Assembly (NCBI GenBank): GCA_963797585.1
Contig: CAWCQH010000012.1
Location: forward strand, 6,312 to 70,311
DNA: 64,000 nucleotides
Direction of reading: 5' to 3'
Source: an uncultured Acidobacteriota bacterium
Lineage (GTDB): Bacteria > Acidobacteriota > Terriglobia > Acidiferrales > UBA7541
The translations under genes and the position numbers were made by a program. This document shows positions 27,903 through 39,900 of this stretch, piece by piece. Every line of letters begins with the position of its first letter. Position 1 is the first letter of the stretch. A model generated the notes under the pieces. It made no database searches. It saw only the letters and a program-made list of their open reading frames with translations, and was not told where the DNA came from.

Positions 27903-28862
27903 CTACGACAATCTTTTCCCAGCCAGGACGCGTTGTGTCTTGTTGACCACTCGCCCCAATAGCTGAATCGGAATCGCCGCCTTCATCGCTCGGGCCTTCA
28001 ACGCATCTGCCGCCGGATGGGCTCCCAAATGGGCGGGGGAAATCCCCAATCGGCGAAGACAATAATTGAAAGCGCGCGTGCGGCCCCGCGCATGCGAAAC
28101 GTCGGTTTGGAAAACGAACGTATACGAAACGGAACGCGAATTGCCGGTCCGCACCCAGTGAGGCGAGTTCTGCGGCTGGTGAAATCCCATCCCGGGCAGA
28201 AGACGGAATACCTGCTCTCGTTGCGCGTCCAGCCCGCTGAATTCCACGTTGCCGATATCGACTCTTCCGCGCACGTAGAAGCGTTCCATCTCCATTTCAC
28301 TGGCGCTGTCAGGCGGATAGACGTGGTAGAACTTCTCGCCCTCGATTTGCGAAAAGAAGCCAATCTCCGGGTCAAAGTGAATCGGGGTCGTAGCCGAACC
28401 GGAACTGATTAGGATAGCTGATTCCAGCCGCTCCACCCGTTCGCGCCCGAGTCCCCCGAGCACATCGACGATCTGGCCAAAAAGTGTCTGGAGCAGGTCT
28501 CGAAAACGCGCGTCGTGGCTCTCGGGGCGTTTTAGCAATATCCGGCAGCTTACCTTATCGAGATTTTCGAGCGCCTCGAGGGGGCTGTGTCCTCCATTCG
28601 GCACGGCATAAAACTTCGTCTCCGGCGACGCAGCGCTTCCAGCAATAAAATAGTCGCGCGGAGAGCCGGAAAACTTCTCTGAAAGACTCCGCAGTGAATC
28701 GGCGGTAAACAAATCGAGCGTGCTCAGGTTGTGGGCGAAAGGAAAAGCCTGGCGGTCAAACAATTCCTTCAGACTCTTCTGGTCAAGGTTCAGATGAGGG
28801 CTTTGGCTGGATTCTCCAGGAACTGGATCTCGCTTCAGTGCAGGTTTCGCAGCGGCGGTCAT
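27903..28862 (-). CDS. JmjC/cupin-type Fe(II)/2-oxoglutarate oxygenase-like protein (paralogue)
   Basis: 319 aa. TTPIHFDPEIGFFSQIEGEKFYHVY (H-x-D) and GFHQPQNSPHWVRT (distal His). Confidence 0.6.
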   Translation of the reverse strand: MTAAAKPALKRDPVPGESSQSPHLNLDQKSLKELFDRQAFPFAHNLSTLDLFTADSLRSLSEKFSGSPRDYFIAGSAASPETKFYAVPNGGHSPLEALENLDKVSCRILLKRPESHDARFRDLLQTLFGQIVDVLGGLGRERVERLESAILISSGSATTPIHFDPEIGFFSQIEGEKFYHVYPPDSASEMEMERFYVRGRVDIGNVEFSGLDAQREQVFRLLPGMGFHQPQNSPHWVRTGNSRSVSYTFVFQTDVSHARGRTRAFNYCLRRLGISPAHLGAHPAADALKARAMKAAIPIQLLGRVVNKTQRVLAGKRLS

Positions 28863-28951
28863 GAGTTACTCCTGAGATATGTGCGGCACGATCGCCAAGG
28901 GCGTCATGTGCGGGAGTTGATTTGAATCTTGGTGTGAACGCTTGCCGGATT

Positions 28952-29827
28952 TCAGACTTGTCCGCACACTTGGAATACCGCGCTATAGCGCTGGACACAG
29001 TCTTTTCGGTTTCGGTTGAGCGGTTCCAGGCCGTAATACTTCCACGGCCAGTGGCGCCTTGCGTCCAGGTCCAGTTCTGCGTTGTGAATTTGTTCCAATC
29101 GAATGGGTAGAGGTTTCAAACGGAGACGGCTTACAACCTTCTGCCGCACGTTCAAGTCCATTCCGCGACAGACCAATATTCCTCCCGGCCTGACAAGGCG
29201 CGTGACATTCATAAGAGCGGCGCTCGCATCACCCGGCTCCATGTGGATCAGAAAATTATTCGCCAGGACGACGTCGCAGCTCCCGAACTTCGACGGAAGG
29301 GCAGGGTCGCGTGCATCGGCCTGGGCCCATTGCACTCCCCTTCGAATTGCGTCTTTCACGCGAAAAACCGGGCTGTCCGTTTCGAACAATCCACGGAAGG
29401 CATCCTCGTAAATCGCCCCGCGGAACTCCATGTCATCCCGCAAATAGCAGGCCAGCCGGGCTCTCTCGATGGCGGCTTGGGAAATGTCGACACCCAAGGC
29501 AACAACATCCAGATCGGGCCGAGCCTTGCGAATCAGCCAAAGAAGCGAATACAGCTCCGCTCCGGAACTGCACGCCATGGAGCAAATCCGAACGCTGGCT
29601 CTTGAGACAAAGCTGCCACTGATGAGTTCGAGGACCGTCGAGAGCAGAGGTTCATTTCGAAGGAACCACGTCGATTCAGACTGGCCGCGAGAGCTGAATT
29701 TGCGCGATAGCGCGTGAATACAACTCCCCACCAGCCGGCCTGGAGATCCCTCCCGCACTGTGGGCGGTAAACGACGCCACACCGTGTCGCCTGCCTTGCC
29801 CGCGCTTCGCAGTAACGTATGTGACAT
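28952..29827 (-). CDS. CheR-type SAM-dependent methyltransferase
   Basis: 291 aa. RICSMACSSGAELYSLLWLI, VVALGVDISQAAIERA and CDVVLANNFLIHM are CheR methyltransferase-domain motifs. Confidence 0.7.
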   Translation of the reverse strand: MSHTLLRSAGKAGDTVWRRLPPTVREGSPGRLVGSCIHALSRKFSSRGQSESTWFLRNEPLLSTVLELISGSFVSRASVRICSMACSSGAELYSLLWLIRKARPDLDVVALGVDISQAAIERARLACYLRDDMEFRGAIYEDAFRGLFETDSPVFRVKDAIRRGVQWAQADARDPALPSKFGSCDVVLANNFLIHMEPGDASAALMNVTRLVRPGGILVCRGMDLNVRQKVVSRLRLKPLPIRLEQIHNAELDLDARRHWPWKYYGLEPLNRNRKDCVQRYSAVFQVCGQV

Positions 29828-29987
29828 GGAATTATTCCGACAAGGGAAAATTACACCTCAGGTGCGTACGACTCAAAGGTTATTTGTATTCGGGCGGAAA
29901 TTATCGAGGAGAAGCGGGCAATAATTAGGGTAGTCGACCGCCCGCAGGCTAACTACACATGTAATAAAGCAGAGGGAAGCCTTTGAA

Positions 29988-32900
29988 CTATTTCTTCTCC
30001 GTAGACTTTTCGATCGAATCTCGGAGTGCCCTCGCCAAATCCCGAACGAAAGGTTCCAGCAGCATGCCCGCCGGGTAGACCCGCAGAGTCACAATATGGT
30101 GCTGCTTCGCTAGCCCGGTCCAGTCCATTGGCTCGCCGAGGTACTGGGAGTACTGCCGCAGTGGACGAAAGTCAGTGATTGTTCCAGAGTATGGCTTCGG
30201 CACGTAACTCAGTATGGCCCGGTCGTTCACATCCCAAATTTTCGCCAGCACCGAGAATTCCGAATCGCTTCCGATTTTTCTCTCAAACCAGCCCCGCCAG
30301 ACGCTGCTTCGATTCCAAAGAACTCTTAGTTTTTCCTGGATGAATTCAACTTTTTGCCCAAAGTCCAAAAGGCCGAAGTTCATACAATGAAAGGCTACTC
30401 TCTGCACCTGGTAGACAATCTTGTCGTAAAGCACGTTCCTTCGGATCTTTGCCCAATTGACGGTATCGAACAAAGCGAGCAGAGCGACCTCTTCCCCTTG
30501 GGCCGTGAGGCGCTGCGCCATCTCAAGCGCCACCGTGCCGCCCATGCAATAGCCCCCGAGGAAATAGGGGCCGTGAGGCTGCACGCGCCGCAGCTCCTTG
30601 ACGTAAAGCTCGGCCATGTCCTCGATTCGCGTGAGTAGCGGACGCCGGCCGTCGAGCCCCTGCGACTCCAGCCCGTAAAATGGCTGATCGGCGCCCAAAC
30701 GTTGCGAAAGCGCGCGGTAAATCAAAACACTTCCGCCGCCTCCGTGAATGCAAAAGAAGGGAGGGCGCGAGCCGGCCGACTGGATCGTGACCAGCGGGCT
30801 CCAGCCACCCGCTTCGCCCCTATTGTCCAGAACATCGGCTAACTGCTCGATGGTCTGGGCTTTGAATAGAGTCGCGAGTGGAAGATTGGCATGGAATTCC
30901 CTTTCGATGCGGGCGAACAGCCGAACCGCGAGCAGCGAATTGCCGCCAAGGTCGAAGTAGTTTTGTCGAATGCCGATCGGCGCCACGCCGAGCAACTCCT
31001 CCCACAACTTCGTCAGCCGCTTCTCAGTGTCATTTCGAGCGACTGTGCTCTTTTCCTCGGCGCCAGTCATAGGCGCGGCGGCTTTCGCTTTCACGGGAGC
31101 TGAAATCGGTAGTTCGGCGACGCGCCGATCGGGATCGTGTGTCATCGCCTGAATTATGTTGCAGTAATCACAGAGAACGCGCCGAATCGTAGCCGGCTCG
31201 AAAAGGGCGGCATTGTATTCCAGCTGCAGCCGCACGCCTTCGGCTCTTTCGATAATGCCCAGCTGCATTTCAAACGGCGTTCCCAACCCAAAGGTAGGCA
31301 TGGGTGTAATAGTCAGATGTTGCAACTGGCGAGGCTGCAGAAACGCCGTCTGGTAGAAAAAATAAAACTGGAACAGCGGGTTGCGTCCATGCACGGATCG
31401 CACTTTCAGCTCATCGAGCAACATTTCGAACGGTAGCTCGGCGTGAGCCAGCGCGTTGAGCGTCACGTCCCGCACGCGAGCCAGTGTCTCGCGCAGGGTG
31501 GGATTCCCTCCCGTTTCCACATGCAGCGCTACGGGGCCCGAAAAGGGCCCGATCAGCCCTTCCGTCTCGGTGCGCCGGTTTGCCACAGGCGACCCTACCG
31601 TGACTTCCGTTTGATCGGCGTACCGCGACAGCAGAATCACGAAACCCGTGAGCAGCGTCATGAACATCGTCACGTTTTCCGACTGGCTCGCGGATTTGAG
31701 AGCGGCCGTTAAATCCTGCGGAAGAAGAATCGTTTCAAGGCGGGATTCAAGCGAAATGCGATGGCTCGGCGGATGATCGGTGGGAAAATCGAGGATTTTC
31801 AGCGAGTCTGCAAGCTGCTTCGTCCAAAACTCAAGATGCTCGCGCGCGGCATCGGACGCAAGCCAGTCGCCCTGCCACGCTGCGAAGTCCCCGTATTGGA
31901 TGGGAAGCGCCGAGTAATCCGGCTTTGCACCCTGGACAATCGCATCATAAATGGACCAGAGCTCCTGTTGAAACACGTTATGAGACCATCCATCCGCAAT
32001 GATGTGATGCATGGTCACCACTAGGACATGATGCTCGCTGTCCAAGTGGAACAACCTTGCTCGAAAAACCGGACCCCTCCCTAGATCGAAAGGCCGCTGG
32101 GCCTCTTCTCTCACGAGCCGCTCCACATTCGCTTCGGCGGCCGCGCCGTTGGAATTCTGAAGATCTACGACTTCTAGCGTGCACTTCCCGAGGGGTGAAA
32201 TGATCTGGGTCAACTTGCCGTCGCTCTCCTCGAAGCTGGTACGAAGAATTTCGTGCCTTCCGGCAAGCGTGCGGAAGCTTTCGTCGAGGGCTTTTTCCGA
32301 CAAAGTCCCCGTCAGCCGGACGCAAGCCGGCATGTTGAAAGCGGCGTTCCCGGGCGCGAATTTTGAAAGCAGCCAGAAACGCTCCTGGGCAGCACTGGCC
32401 GGCATCGCGTAGAGTTCAACCTCGGAAGCGGCCGTCGCAGACGACTCCGTGGCGGAGACGCCGGCCTCGGGGCCAGGTAACGCGGAATCGGGCGAAGAAC
32501 GGGCGAAGAACCGGGCGAAGGACCTCGATGCGAAGAAAGCTGCGATAGCTTGCGGGTCGGATCGCTCACGATTCCTTCCAGGAGTTCCTGGAAATCACGC
32601 AGCATTCGCTGTGCGGTAGCTTCCTGATAGAGGTCGGTGTTGTATTCAATCGAAAGACGCCAGCCCGGCCTCGCGCTCGACCATAAAGAAATTCAGATCG
32701 TAAAGCGCTCCCTGGGACTTCGACGGCATCGTCGACATCTTGATCCCGGCAAACTCAAACACGAATTCCGCAGCTCGCGCGTATTCGCGCTGGCAAATGA
32801 AGTTGATGCGGAAGAATGGTTCCTCAAACGTTTCCGCTGCGGGCCGCAAGGCCTTAATCACATTTTCAAAAGGAACATCCTGATTGGCGAATGCATCCCA

Positions 32901-33941
32901 CACCGTCTCGCGGACACGTTTCGCGAAATCGACGAATGCCGGATCGCCCTCCGCCAACGCGCGCAGAACCACGTGATTCACAAACAGACCTATCAAGCCT
33001 TCGACATCGGTCCGGTTTCTGCCTGCCAGCGGCGAGCCCACCGACACATCCTTCTCACCGGTATGGTGCGACAGAAGCGCCAGGCAAGCGGAAAGGCTGG
33101 TGATGAACATCGTTCCGCCCTGTTCGGTGCTGAACTCCTTGAGCGCGTCGGTGAGGCCGCGCGGCAGGAGCGTTGAGACGATTGCGCCGTTGGTCGTCCG
33201 CTCGGCAGGCCGCGGAAAATCCGGGCGAACTTCGAGGGGTCGGTACCCGGAGAGTTTGCGCTTCCAATAATCGAGCTGCCTCCTAATCTCCGGGCTCGAC
33301 AATTGATCCTGCTTCCAGACCACATAGTCGGCGTACTGGATGGGCAGCTCGGGAAGAGGAGATACGCGCCCACCCGCAAACGCACCGTAGATTTTCTGAA
33401 ACTCTTCCATGATCAGGCCCACCGACCAGCCATCCGACACTAAATGATGCATGGTGAGCATGAGGATGTAGCGGCGTTCCTCCATGCGCAGAAGCCCGGC
33501 GCGGACCAATTCGTCATTTTCGATGTTGAATCGCCGGCAAGCCTCCTCGGCGCACAACCGGTCCATTTCCCGTTCACGAATTTCGGAGGAAAGCGGCCTG
33601 AGGTCTGTCAAAGGGACGCGCAGGTGCAGATTCGGAGAAACCACCTGGACCGGTCTTCCATCGACCAGGGCAAAGATGGTCCGCAACGCCTCGTGCCTCC
33701 GCACGATCTCATTGAGCGTGCGCTCTACCAGAGCAGGATCGACAGGACCTTCGAGAATCCAGCGAAACGATCCGTTATAGGCCGGATTGCCGGGATTGGC
33801 CCGATCCGCATGCCACATCCTCTCCTGCACCGGCGAAAGGGGGAAAGCGAACAACTCCTCTTCTTCAAAGTTCGGGTTCGCGCGTGAATCGGGAATTGCC
33901 ATGTCCGGCGGAGCCCTCCGGAGGTCGCCTGAATCCGTCAT
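29988..33941 (-). pseudogene. NRPS, C-C-PCP-TE (no A domain), interrupted twice as assembled
   Basis: Fragments are 32646..33941 (C, HHLVSDGWS), the 32312..32605 frame (C-domain tail WRLSIEYNTDLYQEATAQRMLRDFQELL) and 29988..32405 (C HHIIADGWS, PCP DLGGNSLLAV, TE GGYCMGG). The ATG at 33941 overlaps the upstream stop (ATGA). Breaks lie at about 32664-32666 and within 32490-32523. Confidence 0.8.
32490..32523. repeat. 11/11/12-nt direct tandem repeat (gggcgaagaac x2, then cgggcgaaggac) in the C-C linker
   Basis: Read directly. Units are 32490-32500, 32501-32511 and 32512-32523. Confidence 0.95.
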
Positions 33942-36900
33942 GCCTTCGGTTCTAGCTCCGGGGCACCCTTGCGTGTGACTCTATATTTCGCGCGGGACAC
34001 CGGAACGATCGCCGGTTGCAACTTAACCCCGGCCGACTTGGATAGTTCCGCGAGAATCGCACCGACCGACCGGAACTGGAGTATCTGGCGCGGCGTCACC
34101 GGAATACCCGCTTTGTTGGCCCGCGCCGCAATCTGGAAGACGTGCAGGGAGTCGGCGCCCAGTTCAAACAGGTTGTCGTTCACGCTTACTTTTTCCAACC
34201 GCAGAACCTCGGCCCAAATCCCCGCCATGGCTTGCTCTTCGGCGGTTCGCGGGGCCACATACTGAGACGCTCGCGTTTGCCCCGACCAGTCGGGAGCGGG
34301 CAGCGCGCGTCGGTCGATCTTGCCATTGGGGGTCAGCGGGAACGCTTCCATCGCGATAAACGCGGCCGGGATCATGTAGTCGGGCAACTTGGCCAGCAGA
34401 AAATCACGCAACTCCGCCGCGGCAGGCTTTGGAGCGCCGCCGCTCAGGACGAAATACGCCACCAGGCGTTCTTCATCCGGGACGTCCGTCCGCAACAGCA
34501 CGACCGCCTCCCTGATCCCGTGATAAGCTGCCAACACGGATTCTATTTCGCCCAGCTCGATCCGGAAACCGCGGAGCTTGATCTGATCGTCCGCCCGGCC
34601 GAGAAACTCCAGTTCGCCATTCGGGCGCCGGAGAACGAGATCGCCCGTCTTATACATCCGCGCGCCGGGCTGCTTGCTGAAAGGATTCGCGAGAAACCGG
34701 CTCGCGGTGAGCCCCGGCTGGTTCAGATAGCCTCGCGCCAATCCGTCGCCGGCGATGTAAAGCTCTCCCGGAATTCCCAGGGGAACCATCTGAAGCTCCT
34801 TATCGAGCACATAGAACTGCGTGTTTGCGATCGGGCTCCCGATGGGAACCGATCCGCCGCCGCTTTCGACCTCGTCGGTCCCGGACCAGATCGTCGTCTC
34901 AGTGGGTCCGTACATATTCCACACGGATATTGAGCGCTTTGTTAATTGATTTGCAAGTTCTCTCGGAAACGCTTCGCCTCCGCACAGCACTTTCAGCGGT
35001 GGATTCCCGTCCCACCCTGCCTCAATCAACTGCTTCCACGTGACCGGCGTCCCCTGCATGGCCGTCGCGTTTACCTTCTTGAGGTATTCGAGGAGTCGAA
35101 CCCCAAATGCGCCCACCTCGCGGCTCACGATCACAAGCTTTGCACCGGTGCAGAGAGGCAGATAAAGTTCCAGCCCGGATATATCGAAGGAAAGCGTCGT
35201 AATCGCTGCGAATGTGTCGCTTTTCTTGAGCCCGGGCCTCAAAAGCATCGGCTTGCAGAAGATTGACGACGGCGCGATGCGGAATTTCCACGCCCTTGGG
35301 CTTTCCCGTCGAACCCGAGGTATAGAGCACGTACGCGAGATCTTCTGCACCGGCGATTTCTTCCGGCGAGTGGCCGCTTTCCTTCGCAATCTGCGGCCAA
35401 TCCGAGTCGAGGCGAATCACCCGCGCGTCGCCGAACGACCAACCCTTGGTGAGCGGGTCCTGGGTCAGGACAATCGACGCCTTTGCGTCGCCCAGGACGA
35501 ACCGCAGGCGATCCGGCGGGAACGTGGGATCGAGCGGCACATACGCCCCGCCGGCCTTCATCGTTCCGAGCAGCGCCACGATCATTTCCACGCCCCGCTC
35601 GACAAACACGGCGACCAGGGAACCCGGCTTCACGCCAAGTCCTCTCAAGTGGTGAGCCAGCTGGTTCGATCTGCGATTCAGTTCCGCGTACGTGACGTGA
35701 GTGTCTTCAAAAATGACCGCGGTCGAATCGGGTGTTTCCTCCACCTGCTGTTCGATCAGCTTGTGGACCGTCAGATTGCGCGGGACCGCCCGGGCAGTGT
35801 CATTCCATTGCTGCAGGAAGCGGCGTGTTTCCGATTCCGTGAGCAGCGGCAAACGGGAAACCAGGCTGTCGGGATCGGCTACCATCCCATCGAGCAGCAT
35901 TTCGTAGTGGTCGAGCCACCGCGCAATTGTCGCTTCGTCATAAAGGCCGGTGTTGTAGTCGCAGTCGAGCGTCAGGCCGTCTTTCGTTTCCACGACATTC
36001 AGGAAAATGTCGAAATTGACGAAGGCCTTTGGATTGGGATCGACCTCCGCCTCAAGGCCATCGAAGCGGACTCCTTCCCCGACCTTTTCCAGATTGAATT
36101 GAATTTCAGTGAGCGGCAGCCGCCCAGGATCGCGCTGTAGGTTGAGTTTCCGCACCAGCCGGCCATAGGTGTAGTTCTGGTGATCGTAGGCCGCGAAGAG
36201 TGTCTGCCGAACCTGTGCGAGAAACGACGCGGCGGTCTGTCCGCTTTCGACGCGCGCGCGCAGCGGAAGGAAGTTCACACAGTGCCCTACCAGAACTTTG
36301 TCTTCCACGAGCGACTGGCCCGCCGAGGGAATCCCGACAACAATGTCGTCCTGGCTGCTGAGCCTCGACAGCAGTATCTGAAAGCCCGCGAGAAGGGTGA
36401 CGAAAAGCGTGCATTTCTGCCGCGCGCCGATTTTCTTAATGCTGTTCAGCGTTTGCGCGTCGATTTTCTTGCGGTACGTTGCGCCCTTGAACTCCTTCAT
36501 CGCCGGACGGATGTGATCGGCCGGCAGATCGAGCAGCGACGCGGGATCGCGAAACTGTTCCACCCAGTATTTTTCGTTCTCCAGGCCTTCTGCGCTGTTG
36601 AAAAATTCCTGCTGGGATTGCGCGTACGCGGCAAACGGCATCGCTGGGGGCAGATCGCACGCACGCCCTTCCTTCAGGGCGTTATAGAGCTTAGCGACCT
36701 CGTCGAGCAGCACATTCGTTGACCAGCCGTCACAAACGATGTGATGGGAAGTGAATATCAGCTGGTGATACTGCGGATCGATCCTCACGAGCCGCGCCCT
36801 GACGAGAGGCCCCTTGCTCAAATCAAAGCGCGTCCGCGATTCTTCGTCCTTCAGGTGTTGCACACGAGCCTGGCGTTCCGGCTCGCCCAATCCAGCCAGG

Positions 36901-39900
36901 TCTATGAGCGGAATGTCCAGATTCAGATGCGTGGCGAAATGCTGCTTCCCGCCCTCGGAGTCAAAGCTTGCCCGCAACGCGTCGTGCCGCGCCGTGGCCT
37001 GCCGCAGGGCTTCTCGCAACGCGTTTTCATCGAGCTTCCCGCGCAGATGCAGCGTAAAGGATTCATTGTAACTGCAGGAAGCTTCATCGCTGATCTGGTC
37101 GGAGAGCCATACCTCCAGTTGCGACTCGGTAAGCGGCGCTTCCGTAGCGGCCGAAAACGAAGCCGATGCGAGCGCTTCCACAGGCACGCGGCTCAGGGAT
37201 TGTTTCGGTTCGCTGCGCCTGAGGAGCGACCATCGGCAACGTGTCGCCGCGCTTCATTTCTTCGATCGTTTCTTCGAACGCGCGAACGATCCGTTCGATA
37301 TCGGCATCCGTGTGCGCCGTCGTCAGGAAACACGGGAAGCCTTCAAGCAGGTGAATCCCCTTCGCTCGCAGGTGGTAGTAAAACAGGCTGCCGAACCGGG
37401 CGTCGGAAGGAAAACTGAAATAGAAGATGCTGGCGAAATTTTCGACGCGGGTGGCCACGCCGTTCTTCTCGATCATCTCATTCAGGCGCTGCACCATGTT
37501 GCCGGTGCGCTCGCTCAAGCGTCCGTTGCAGTTCCGGGCCTTGTTCCCTGAAGTGTTCCAGCACGGCCTTTACCGCGGCCAGCGTCAGCGGATGACGCAC
37601 GAACGTCCCCGCGAAGAAGGTGACGCCTACTTCGGGGTAAGAACCGTCGCCGAACTCCCACATGCCCCCGTCAAGCGCGTCCATGTACTGGCGCTTCCCT
37701 GCCAGCACGCCAATGGGCATGCCGCCCGCGAGCACTTTTCCGTACGTCGCCAGATCGGCGCGAATATCGAAAAGCGCCTGGCAGCCGCCCGGGTGTACGC
37801 GAAATCCGGTTACAACTTCATCGAAGATCAGGCAAGCGCCGGCATTCTCGGTGATCTCCCGCAATTGCTTCAGGAATTGCACAGGCTGAAGGTTCGGGTG
37901 GCGGCTCTGCACCGGTTCCACCATCACGGCGGCGAGCGACGATGCGTTGGCTCGAATCCATTCGAGCGATTCGGGCGTTCCGTATTCCAGAACGGTGATA
38001 TTTGCAACCGACTCGCGCGGAATTCCCGGCGCGGCCGGAACGGACTGCGGAACTCCGGCCCGATGGATTCCCTTCACCAGAACTTCATCGAACATTCCAT
38101 GGTAGTCGCCCGCGAAAAACACGACCTTGTTCCGGCCGGTTACCGTCCGAGCCACGCGCATCGCCGCGATCACGGCTTCGGATCCCGTGTTGCAGAACGT
38201 CGCCCGCTCGTTCCCGGTGAATTCGCAGATCATTTTCGCCACTTCGCCCGCGAGCAGCGTCTGCGGCCCGGTTTCAAATCCCTCCTGAAGCTGCTTCGCG
38301 ATCGCTTGCTGCAAAAAGTCGGGACGGTGGCCGAGCATGATCGGCCCAAAACCGTTCAGGATGTCGATGTATTCGTTCCCGTCCACGTCCCATAGTTTCG
38401 AGCCCTTCCGAGCGCACCGTAACGATCGGATAAACCATCTCCTTCCACTCGGGGCGGAATCCCGCCACCACGCGCGGATCGGCCAGCACGTTCCGGTATT
38501 CCTGCGTCTTGCGCTTGGAACCCTCCGTGCGTTGTGTGTAACGCTCCACAAGCGCTTGAACGTGCTCCTTCTGGCGCGCGGTCAGTTCGCCCGAAGGGGC
38601 CTTAGGCAGCGACTTGTAGGGCGTGTACCCCGCCAGCTCCTTCACCGGCTTGCTCGCGGAAGCGGCAGCGACAGGGGGCGGCGCAGCAGTTGTGGTTGCG
38701 GCCGAGTCGATCGGCTGATTCTGCAGCGCAGCCAGTTGCAGGGCGAAGAGCTGGTTCATCGCCTGAAGCTGCTCGCGCATCAGCCGCTCCACCGCAGACT
38801 CCGATGCAGCCGCCCTCGCGATTCATATTGGCGCCCACCGAAGTCGCAATCGGAGCGCCACGAAGCGGATCTGTTACGGGCGCGGTAGCAGGAACGGAAG
38901 GCGCGGCAGGGGCCGCAAATGCACTCACGGGCAACTTACTGTCGATATGGGCAGTCAGGTCGTCGAGAGTCGATTGATCGCCCAGCAACTGGCGGAACGT
39001 AATCTTGAGACCAAACTTCGCTTGCAGAGCCTGCGTCACTTGCGTCAGGAATAGAGAATCGAAACCCATTTCGAGAAACGTTACTGAAGAATCGGCCGCC
39101 GACATTTCCTTGCCGGACAGATCTTCGAAAATATCTGCCAGCGTCTGCCGGATTCGCGACGCTCGCATCTGAGTGTTTGGAATACTTTCTTCAACCAAGG
39201 TATTTGCTCCCGCCTGTTGATGGTTCTCCACGAGATTTGGAACATCTGGCGCGCTTGCCCCGCGCGCTTGATTCGTTTCTGCACTTGGCGTTTCCAGCCA
39301 ATATCGCTTCCGCTCAAAAGGATAGGTCGGTAACGAAACGCGCTCGCCGAAGCTCATTGCGGTGCACGGCCTCCCAGTCCGGCTGGACGCCCGCGAGCCA
39401 CAGCGACCCAAGCGCCGCCATCAAGCTTGCCGAATCGCCCTCCGCCGAATATCCATCCGACAGGGACGACACGATCACCGCATCGGGGGACGAACCATTC
39501 TCGCGCGCCAGAACGTTCAGCACGTTCCCCGGTCCAACCTCGACCAGAATATTGCGCGGATCCTTTCGCAGCTCCGTGACTCCAAGCGAAAACTGCACGG
39601 GTTGCCGGAAATGGCGCGCCCAGTAAGATGGATCGGTCGCTTCGCCCACGGTGATCCATTTGCCGGTCACGCCTGATACGTAGGGAATGCGCGGCGGATT
39701 CAAGTTCACCTGCGAGACGCGGTTCGTGAACGGCTCGATCAGGGGATCCATCATCGAGGAATGAAAGGCGTGAGACGTCGTCAGTCTGCGGCAGGCGACA
39801 CCTTCGCTATTCAGGCGCTGCTCGAACATATCGAGCACTTCGAAAGGCCCCGCCACCACGCACAGCGACGGCGCGTTCACGGCGGCGAGCGAAAGCGTTC

